32,000 nucleotides of DNA, taken from NCBI RefSeq assembly GCF_900289195.1, contig NZ_OMOH01000004.1:300001-332000 (forward strand). The letters are read 5' to 3'. The notes beneath the pieces were generated by a model. That model ran no database searches. It was not told the DNA's origin and was given only the letters and a program-made list of their open reading frames with translations. Positions 1 to 6,509 of the stretch are shown here, one piece after another; within the stretch, counting starts at the first letter, position 1, and every line of letters starts with the position of its first letter. The DNA comes from Propionibacterium ruminifibrarum. Its GTDB lineage: Bacteria; Actinomycetota; Actinomycetes; Propionibacteriales; Propionibacteriaceae. The position numbers were made by a program, and so were the translations under genes.

Positions 1-478
1 GTTTGGAGACGACGGGCGCCTCCGTGTTGCCGAGGAACATCATCTCGATGGAGTAGAAGGTCTCGAACTTCGGCCGGCGGGTGATGAAGCTCAGGATGCG
101 GCCGATCCACTTGATGAGCCATGGCAGGAAACCGATGTACGTGAGGATGTCGAAGATCGGCAGGATCAGGAGGATCGGGAGCAGCGCGGAGACCACGAAG
201 TTCACCGGTTCGGGGTTGACGCCATCGGCGCCGACCCAGTTGGCGAGCGCGAAGTTGATGCCCGTCCAGGCGACGTCGACGAGCTCGTTGAAGGCCGCCG
301 CGGCTCCTCGAACAGCCGCCCGCCCCAGGGAAAAACTGGTGAGGAGCCACGCCAGCGCGAGGTTGAGCGCCGTGAGGATGCCGACGGACTGTCAGTCGAT
401 CTTCTTGCGGTCGTGCGAGAACGCCAGGCCGATTGCGAGGAATACGACGACGCCCACGATGTTGAGTGCGAGATACAT
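1..478 (-). pseudogene. nupC: NupC/CNT-family concentrative nucleoside transporter, N-terminal part (continues past left edge), interrupted by an in-frame TGA
   Basis: Minus-strand translation from ATG at 478-476 reads MYLALNIVGVVVFLAIGLAFSHDRKKID, then stop (TGA, plus coordinates 392-394), then QSVGILTALNLALAWLL...FNELVDVAWTGINFALANWVG...LPWLIKWIGRILSFITRRPKFETFYSIEMMFLGNTEAP in the same frame. This is the CNT/NupC N-terminal TM pattern. GAAGGG lies about 8 nt upstream of the ATG. The gene sits 64 nt downstream of the nucleoside hydrolase on the same strand. Confidence 0.7.
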
Positions 479-542
479 GTGAGACCCTTCGGGGTGATGG
501 TGGTTTGCCGGAAATGGAAAAGGGGTTCGCGCGCCGAGGCGA

Positions 543-1484
543 TCAGGTCTGGGGCAGCCTGCGGAGGGCGTCCTCGACGGCGCCCCAGAAACGATCGACG
601 TCCAGACCCGTGCCGATCCTGGTCCGGCACTCCGGGTCCTCTTCCCCGCGCATGTCGGCGACCGTCATGCCATAGGTGATCCGCCCGCGGATCTCGACGT
701 CGAGGGGCGCCCGGCGGGTCTCGACGATCGACGGGTCGATGACGTAGGCCACGGCGCACGGATCGTGCGTGGGCGGATCGGCAAAGGCCTGCTGATCCCG
801 GTAGGCGGCGCGGAAGAAGTCCATGAGCCCGTTGACGACTCCCGCCAGCCTCGGGTTGGCCGCGCAGAGCCGCTCCTGGACCTCGTGAGTGCACAGCGCG
901 CGGTGCGTCACGTCCAGCCCGATCATCGTCACCGGCCACGTCTCGTTGAAGACGATGTGCGCGGCCTCGGGATCGCACAGGATGTTGAACTCCGCCACGG
1001 GCGTGGCGTTCCCCGGCCCGTGCGCGCCGCCCATGAGGACGACCTGCTTGACCCGGTCGACGATGCGCGGTTCGAGCCTGGCCGCCAGCGCGATGTTCGT
1101 CAGCGGCCCCGTCGGCACGAGAACGACCGTTCCCGGATCACGGGTCATGATCTCGCCGATCATCCACTCGACCGCGTGCCACTGGGAGAGCTCGCGGGTC
1201 GGCGCCGGGAGCTCCACGCCGTCGAGCCCCGTCTGGCCATGGATCCCGGCCGCATCGATCGCCTCCCGGATCAGCGGGCGGCGGGCACCGGCGTGCACGG
1301 GAACATCGGGGGCGCCGGCCACCTCGCACACCGCCCGGGCGTTGTATGTGACCTTGTCCAGGGAATGGTTGCCACCGACAGTGGTGATGCCGATGAGGTC
1401 GATCTCGGGGCTGCCGAGCGCCATGAGGATGGCGATCGCGTCGTCGTGCCCCGGGTCGCAGTCAAGGATGATTGATGTTGCCAC
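543..1484 (-). CDS. Inosine-uridine-preferring nucleoside hydrolase (IUNH/Rih family)
   Basis: Lies inside track ORF 543..1721. The hallmark N-terminal motif IILDCDPGHDDAIAILMA starts a few codons after GTG at 1484. GAAGGAG precedes that GTG by 7 nt. Length is about 313 aa, typical for the family. The upstream part of the long ORF is low-complexity and was not used. Confidence 0.9.
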   Translation of the reverse strand: MATSIILDCDPGHDDAIAILMALGSPEIDLIGITTVGGNHSLDKVTYNARAVCEVAGAPDVPVHAGARRPLIREAIDAAGIHGQTGLDGVELPAPTRELSQWHAVEWMIGEIMTRDPGTVVLVPTGPLTNIALAARLEPRIVDRVKQVVLMGGAHGPGNATPVAEFNILCDPEAAHIVFNETWPVTMIGLDVTHRALCTHEVQERLCAANPRLAGVVNGLMDFFRAAYRDQQAFADPPTHDPCAVAYVIDPSIVETRRAPLDVEIRGRITYGMTVADMRGEEDPECRTRIGTGLDVDRFWGAVEDALRRLPQT

Positions 1485-1644
1485 GATGAAACTCCTTCGT
1501 TCGCGTGGTTCGGCCCTGCGACGCGCCCCTTCTTCGGGGTGCCGCCCGACCACGGGCCCCGCCCGTCCCGCTCTCGCCGATCCGTGTTGGCGCGATGCGC
1601 GGTCTTGACGATTCGGTTGGCTCGTGCGAAAGTTGTAGCACGTT

Positions 1645-1658
1645 TGGAAACGTTTCCA
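1645..1658. promoter_or_regulatory. Candidate LacI-family operator, perfect palindrome TGGAAACGTTTCCA
   Basis: A 14-bp perfect inverted repeat with a central CG, read directly. It fits the generic LacI/PurR/CcpA-type operator shape (TGnAAnCGnTTnCA). It lies in the divergent intergenic region 1485-1672, 15 nt upstream of the LacI-family gene start. Confidence 0.6.
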
Positions 1659-1672
1659 CAAGGGGGTGGCCG

Positions 1673-2761
1673 ATGACGAATCCCACTGAGCCCGGGCCGA
1701 CGGTCCCGACGGGTTCCCCACAAGGCATCGAGGCGCAGTCGACGAACAGGGCTCCTCGCGCCCGCCCGACCATCAAGGACGTCGCCGCACTCGCCGGCGT
1801 ATCGCTCGGAACCGCCTCGCGGGTTCTGACCAACCACCCGGCCACTTCCGCGACCGCTCGCGAGAAGGTCCGCGCCGCCGCCCTCAGCCTCGGCTACCAG
1901 GTCAACCTGAGGGCCCGCTCGCTGCGCACCTCCCGCACGAACGCGATCGGCCTGATCGTGCCCGACATCCGCAACCCCTTCTTCGCCGGGCTCGCCCAGT
2001 CCATTCAGTCGGAGGGTCTGGACGACGGCATCACGGTCTTCATCGCCTCCTCGCAGGAGGATCCGGACCAGCAGGACCAGCACCTGCGGACCCTTCTGAA
2101 GGAGCAGGTCGATGGCCTCATCGTCGTCCCCCTCGGAGGGATGACGCCGATGCTCGAGCAGCTCAGGGATCAACAGATCCCCTTCGTCACCGTTGACCGC
2201 ACACTCGACGAGCTCAAGGCCCCGTCCGTGGACGCCGACCCCCTCCCCGGCGTGTACGCCGCCGTGGAGGCCCTCAGGAATCTCGGCCACCGGAGGATCG
2301 TCTACGTCGGCTCCCTTCTCGACTCCTCGACCGGACGCGAACGTCTCCTCGCCTTCGACAACGCCGGCGACGCACTCCTGCCGGGGGGCGACGCGCGCAT
2401 GGTGATCGCAGCCCCTCTCGATGACGACGGCTGGCTCCGTGAGCTCGACTCGTTCCTCGACGACGGGGCGACGGCCGCCATCTTCGGTCACTCGCGGCAC
2501 GCCCTTCGCGCGTTCGGCCACCTTCGTGACGCAGGACGAGTCATCGGCGATCGGGGGGTCTCGCTCGTCTCCTTCGACGATCTCGACGTCTTCAGTCTCC
2601 TCACCCCCGCCATCACTGCCATCACCCAGCATCCGGAGCAACTCGCCAGCAGGGCGATGGCCATGCTGTCCGCCATGATCGGCGGTGACAGACCGGGCTC
2701 GGTGCGGATCGAGACCTCGCTGATACCCCGGGAGTCCCTTGCCGCGCCGCCCGCCGGATGA
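1673..2761 (+). CDS. LacI/PurR-family transcriptional repressor (ribose/nucleoside-type)
   Basis: N-terminal HTH PTIKDVAALAGVSLGTASRVLTNHP...REKVRAAALSLGYQVNLRARSLR, followed by the periplasmic-binding-fold core IGLIVPDIRNPFFAGLAQ. ATG 1673 is preceded by AAGGGGG. It lies in frame within track ORF 1505..2761. Confidence 0.9.
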   Translation: MTNPTEPGPTVPTGSPQGIEAQSTNRAPRARPTIKDVAALAGVSLGTASRVLTNHPATSATAREKVRAAALSLGYQVNLRARSLRTSRTNAIGLIVPDIRNPFFAGLAQSIQSEGLDDGITVFIASSQEDPDQQDQHLRTLLKEQVDGLIVVPLGGMTPMLEQLRDQQIPFVTVDRTLDELKAPSVDADPLPGVYAAVEALRNLGHRRIVYVGSLLDSSTGRERLLAFDNAGDALLPGGDARMVIAAPLDDDGWLRELDSFLDDGATAAIFGHSRHALRAFGHLRDAGRVIGDRGVSLVSFDDLDVFSLLTPAITAITQHPEQLASRAMAMLSAMIGGDRPGSVRIETSLIPRESLAAPPAG

Positions 2762-2855
2762 CCAAGCGACTCAACACAACCGAGCCACCGGCCGGGGAAC
2801 GGAGCACCGCCCCGGGCCCATGGCATCCAGCAACCACCGAACAGAGGGACCACTC

Positions 2856-3764
2856 ATGGGACGCGTCATCGTCATCGGATCCATCAACCAGGACATCACG
2901 GTCACGGTCGACCGCCTGCCCGAGCCCGGGGAGACCCTGTTGGGCACATCGTTGACGTACCGGCTCGGCGGCAAGGGCGCGAACCAGTCGGCCGCGGCCG
3001 CCCACGCCGGCGCACCGAGCCTTTTCATCGGCAGGGTGGGAGCCGACCAAGCGGGAATGGTCCTCGTCGATGAGCTCTCCTCGCACGGAGTCGACGTGTC
3101 GCACCTGCTCGTCGACGAGGACGCCACCACGGGCATCGCCCTGATCACCGTGAGCGCCTCCGGCGAGAACACGATCATCCTCGACGCGGGCGCCAACGGG
3201 CGAGTGACGGCCGAGCAGGCCCGAGAGGCCGTCGAACCGTCCCGCGAGGACGTCATCGTCCTGCAGGGGGAGATCGGCGCCGAGGTCAACGAGCAGGTGA
3301 TCCGTTGGGCGCACCGGACCGGCGCCCGGACCGTCTTCAACATCGCCCCCGCATACGAGGTCGCCCCCGAGGTTCTCGCCCTGGTCGACTGCGTCGTCGT
3401 CAATGAGACCGAGGCCGGGATCGTCCTCGGCCGTCCGGCGCCCCAGGACGCCGACAGCGCCCTCGATGCGGCGGCCGCCGTCGTGGACCTGGGCCCGCGT
3501 CTGGCACTCGTGACCCTGGGGGGACATGGTGCGGCATGGTCGGACGGCGATCGGAGCGAGCACGTGCCGGCACTGCGCCTGGGCCCCGTCGTCGATACGA
3601 CGGGGGCGGGCGATGCCGCCGTGGGCGCGCTCGCAGCCGCACTCGCCATGGACTGGGACTTCCCCGAGGCCGTCCGGGCGGGGGTGCGCGCGGGATCGAC
3701 CGCCGTTCTCGCCGAGGGCGCGGCCGCCTCCTACGCCGGGATCGAACCCCTGCAAGCCCCCTGA
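2856..3764 (+). CDS. rbsK: Ribokinase (PfkB family)
   Basis: MGRVIVIGSINQDITVTVDRLPEPGETLLG...LGGKGANQSAAAA and the C-terminal VVDTTGAGDAAVGALA signature. ATG 2856 is preceded by AGAGGGA. An alternative ATG lies at 2820. Length is about 302 aa. Confidence 0.9.
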   Translation: MGRVIVIGSINQDITVTVDRLPEPGETLLGTSLTYRLGGKGANQSAAAAHAGAPSLFIGRVGADQAGMVLVDELSSHGVDVSHLLVDEDATTGIALITVSASGENTIILDAGANGRVTAEQAREAVEPSREDVIVLQGEIGAEVNEQVIRWAHRTGARTVFNIAPAYEVAPEVLALVDCVVVNETEAGIVLGRPAPQDADSALDAAAAVVDLGPRLALVTLGGHGAAWSDGDRSEHVPALRLGPVVDTTGAGDAAVGALAAALAMDWDFPEAVRAGVRAGSTAVLAEGAAASYAGIEPLQAP

Positions 3765-3924
3765 ACCATTCGGAACCGCGCGATGGCAGCCGAGGGCGAA
3801 ACGGTGACAGCACGAGCAGCAGAAAACCTGTATCCCTGCAAGCTGCTGCCCTGCGATGTGCGCAGTAGTGTCGTTTTCGGCAATGACGACTCCGAATCGC
3901 CCCCGAGTAGAGAGGTGGGAACTC

Positions 3925-4365
3925 ATGGCCGAGTGGTCCTTCGAAGCACAGATGCAGGCCGTCGAGGCGCTCTCTGACGCCTGCGCCCGCTGGATGCGCT
4001 CCTCCCACATTGAGGAGATGTCCATCGATGTCCAGGCCGTCGGTACGCGCGCCGGCGTGCACAGCCGCGCCCTGCGCTCCTCAGGGCTGATGCGTCGGGG
4101 CGGCTGGAAGGACAACATCGTCCCCCGGGAGGTCGTGGAGCCCGCGGTCCAGGTGCGCACCGCCATGGCCCGCCCTGGCGGCGGCACCTGGACCCGGGGC
4201 GTGTTCACCATGAACAAACAGGACTACCAGCTCGTCTCCGACTTCGACTACGACCACGAGCCCGTACTCAACCCGCCCTACAGCCCGGAGGACGTCGCCG
4301 ACGAGCTGAGGCTCTTCCCGCGGGACCCCGGGGCGACCCCCGACTGGATGAGGCCGGGCCAGTGA
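3925..4365 (+). CDS. Hypothetical 146-aa cytoplasmic protein (weak by-eye resemblance to YezG/DUF600-type immunity proteins)
   Basis: ATG 3925 is preceded by GAGAGGTGGGA. GC3-rich codon usage. The C-terminal stretch GGTWTRGVFTMNKQDYQLVSDFDYDHEP recalls the W..F....G....V.FDY pattern of YezG-like proteins. That resemblance is from memory only and is not verified. Confidence 0.5.
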   Translation: MAEWSFEAQMQAVEALSDACARWMRSSHIEEMSIDVQAVGTRAGVHSRALRSSGLMRRGGWKDNIVPREVVEPAVQVRTAMARPGGGTWTRGVFTMNKQDYQLVSDFDYDHEPVLNPPYSPEDVADELRLFPRDPGATPDWMRPGQ

Positions 4366-4598
4366 GCAGCCTCCTGCCCGACCATCCCCGTAGCGCCCCC
4401 GCGGGCGTCGCCTCCAACACCGGCTCGGCTTGAGCTCGGTGGCCCGTACCCTGCGGGCCAGGCGTACCAGCTCCCGCTGAGAGCGCCGACAGGCGTGGGA
4501 TCGCCTGATCGTCGGCGTGTGTGGCGAGTGAGCCGGCCACGGCGGGGCCGTGTCGGACGGACGCCGCACCCCGGTCCGGGAACGCCGGCGCACGGGTC

Positions 4599-4626
4599 TT
4601 GACGGGGCAGCCCCGCCGAGTAACAT
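4599..4626 (+). promoter_or_regulatory. Candidate sigma-70-type promoter TTGACG - 16 nt - TAACAT
   Basis: TTGACG at 4599-4604 and TAACAT at 4621-4626, about 90 nt upstream of the DUF2975-like gene. The -10 element overlaps the left arm of the 32-bp palindrome. Confidence 0.4.
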
Positions 4627-4656
4627 ATCGATTATCAATGCATCGATAATCGATAT
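4625..4656. promoter_or_regulatory. 32-bp AT-rich near-perfect palindrome, candidate operator of the downstream HTH regulator
   Basis: ATATCGATTATCaATGCATcGATAATCGATAT. The reverse complement differs only at the one symmetric pair shown in lower case. It is centred on ATGCAT, and a further ATGCAT lies at 4655-4660. It is strongly AT-rich in a GC-rich context. Confidence 0.6.
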
Positions 4657-4712
4657 GCATGGATGGTTCATCGCAGACTCATCCACCGTGCAGTCTCACC
4701 GAGGAGGCCGTC

Positions 4713-5441
4713 ATGACCGTGTCAGCATCCGACAGCGCCCGGCCCACCTGGACGCCGGCGGTCGGCGTCGTCGGTTTCTTCGCCTTCCTCGCCGCGGGGG
4801 CCGTTCTGGAGGGCCCGTGGCGGATGCTCAACGACATCGTGGGCGGCAGGGGCGTGTACGTCGCCGTCGTCAATGAAACACCGCCCACGGGGACGCCGGG
4901 CGCCCTGCCCGGGCCCCTCGCCACAGCGATCGACTTCACCCCGGACGCCTCTCCCCTCGCCGGGCACATCACCTCGGTGCCGGCCGCCGCCCAGGCCACC
5001 ATCGCCGTCACGGAGGTCCTCGTCATCGCATCGACCCTCGCATCACTCGTCGGCCTGTACCGCCTGCTGGCTGTGGCTCGCCCGCAGCTGGCCGATCCCT
5101 GGGAACGGCTCGTGACCCGCAGCAGGACCCTGCGCAATCTGCTGTTCGCAACGGCGGCCGCCTGGACCCTGGAGCATTTCCTGACGGTGTTCGTCCTTCG
5201 TGCCGCGGTCCCCGAGGAGGTGAACAGACTGTGGCTGGAGCAGGGGCACCCCAGTCCGTCGATCGTGCCGGCGACGAGCAGCGCCACCTATGTCATCGTC
5301 GCCATCCTCGGCTGGGCGCTCAGCTATCTGCTGTCCGCCATGGCCCGCCTGCACCAGCGCAGCACCGAGCTGGAGGAGGACAACGAGGAACTGATGAGCC
5401 GCAACGCGACTCTGACCGCCGAGACGGAAGGACTGGTGTGA
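4713..5441 (+). CDS. DUF2975-like four-TM membrane protein
   Basis: ATG 4713 is preceded by GAGGAGG. Four hydrophobic segments are present (AVGVVGFFAFLAAGAVL, IAVTEVLVIASTLASLVGL, LLFATAAAWTLEHFLTVFVL, YVIVAILGWALSYLLSAM), followed by an acidic coiled tail ending ETEGLV. It sits in a cluster with a YozG-type HTH gene, which is the usual DUF2975 partner. Confidence 0.65.
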   Translation: MTVSASDSARPTWTPAVGVVGFFAFLAAGAVLEGPWRMLNDIVGGRGVYVAVVNETPPTGTPGALPGPLATAIDFTPDASPLAGHITSVPAAAQATIAVTEVLVIASTLASLVGLYRLLAVARPQLADPWERLVTRSRTLRNLLFATAAAWTLEHFLTVFVLRAAVPEEVNRLWLEQGHPSPSIVPATSSATYVIVAILGWALSYLLSAMARLHQRSTELEEDNEELMSRNATLTAETEGLV

Positions 5442-5561
5442 ACCGGGTGAGCCGACCCCTCAGAAACCATCGTCACGGAACACGACGGCACGGGCCGACC
5501 GCCGTGGCCGGTGCGCGCGACGAGCACCACTGACCCAGGGACCGGCGAGGGAGGAGAAACC

Positions 5562-5837
5562 ATGAACACAGACCCGGTAGACGCCGAACCAGCCGCCTTT
5601 CAGCAGGGCACCGAAGGACCCTCGGCGCTGCGCACCCGTGTCGCCCTCTGGCGCCGGGTGCGCGCCGTGGTCAACGAGTTCGCCCCCGAGGGGGACGTCC
5701 CTGACGTCGGACGAATCAGCGTCACGATCAGTTCCGCGGTCATCGGGCTGTGCCTGGTGGTTCCACGGTACGAGCGCACCACCAGCCCGGCTGCCGAAAA
5801 CACCGAGCTGCTCGAACAGACCGAGGGGCTGGTGTGA
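5562..5837 (+). CDS. Small hypothetical protein (91 aa) with one hydrophobic segment and a DUF2975-like C-terminal tail
   Basis: ATG 5562 is preceded by GGAGGAG. It has a single hydrophobic stretch, ISVTISSAVIGLCLVVP. The C-terminus LLEQTEGLV mirrors the ETEGLV end of the preceding gene. The stop overlaps the next gene start as GTGA. Confidence 0.45.
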   Translation: MNTDPVDAEPAAFQQGTEGPSALRTRVALWRRVRAVVNEFAPEGDVPDVGRISVTISSAVIGLCLVVPRYERTTSPAAENTELLEQTEGLV

Positions 5838-6172
5838 CGGCGACCGCCGCGCACCGGGCGGCCGTTGGCGACGTCGGCTCCGGGGATGCTGCACCTATGG
5901 TTGGCGCTGTGAGCGCCGCACCGTCACCCGACCCGCACGTCGTCTGCCACCTGGACCGGCTCCTCGCGGCGCGCGGCATGACGCTCGTGGAGCTCTCCGA
6001 GCAGGTCGGGGTCACCGTCGTGAACCTCTCGGTGCTGAAGAACAACCGGGCGAAGGCCATCCGCTTCTCAACGCTCGTGGCGATCTGCGAGGCGCTGGGC
6101 TGCGAAGTCGGCGAACTGCTGGAGGTCACCACGGAGGAGGCGGAACCCGGTGCGCACGGCACTGAGGACTGA
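5834..6172 (+). CDS. YozG-like XRE-family helix-turn-helix transcriptional regulator
   Basis: CHLDRLLAARGMTLVELSEQVGVTVVNLSVLKNNRAKAIRFSTLVAICEALGCEVGELLEV closely matches the YozG-type HTH pattern (..S.L......KAIRFSTL..IC.AL.C..G..L). The start may be GTG 5834 (GTGA overlap with the upstream stop) or ATG 5897. Confidence 0.85.
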   Translation: MTATAAHRAAVGDVGSGDAAPMVGAVSAAPSPDPHVVCHLDRLLAARGMTLVELSEQVGVTVVNLSVLKNNRAKAIRFSTLVAICEALGCEVGELLEVTTEEAEPGAHGTED

Positions 6173-6246
6173 TGCATCCAGGCGCGAACGCCGCTGAGCG
6201 CGTACGAACCCGACAGAACAACAGAGCAAGTGCTCCCGACAAAGAA

Positions 6247-6287
6247 GATGGGGACTCGGCCCCGACGGTGTCGGAGGTGTCCCCATC
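6247..6287. terminator. Two-tier GC-rich stem-loop between convergent genes (candidate bidirectional intrinsic terminator)
   Basis: GATGGGGAC tcggcc CCGAC ggt GTCGG aggt GTCCCCATC: a 9-bp outer stem plus a 5-bp inner stem. It lies 75 nt after the HTH stop and 223 nt after the hsdR stop. There is no U-tract on either strand. Confidence 0.3.
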
Positions 6288-6509
6288 TGTCCCCGAGGGT
6301 ATACAGCCGCTCGGATGAGCGTCCAGCAACCGGTGTTCTCACGTTGCTCGTGGCCTTCGACGCAGGGTTCCCGGGAAAAACCGCCTCACCCTCCACAGCT
6401 GCTACCTGCAGGGCTCACCCCCGTGTCGTCGAGGGCTACCTATGCCGACCGCATGATCATGTAAAGGCTCGGTCGTAGTTCCACACTCCCAACCACGTTA
6501 ATCGCCCAC

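Noticed and set aside
81-482. A 133-aa plus-strand ORF at the left edge.
   Set aside because: It is antisense to the clearly NupC-like minus-strand frame. Its translation is Arg/Met/Ser-rich with no motif and no RBS.
3816-3849. A GCAGCAG...CTGCTGC hairpin after rbsK, considered as an intrinsic terminator.
   Set aside because: It has only a 7-bp stem with a 20-nt loop and no downstream U-tract, so it is energetically weak. Comparable inverted repeats are frequent in GC-rich DNA.
5438-5533. A 32-codon ORF opened by the GTGA junction after the DUF2975-like gene, considered as a decayed HTH gene.
   Set aside because: Its translation (VNRVSRPLRNHRHGTRRHGPTAVAGARDEHH) has no similarity to the YozG-type HTH encoded at 5834-6172. 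It is kept only as context for the duplication hypothesis.
6295-6313. Possible direct repeats (att-like) flanking the R-M island: GAGGGTATACAGCCGCTCG at 6295-6313 versus GAGGGTTACCCGTATACGGCTCG at 12476-12498.
   Set aside because: The similarity is short, gapped and built from common GC-rich words. No integrase, tRNA or transposase is nearby. This is insufficient to call insertion-site duplications.
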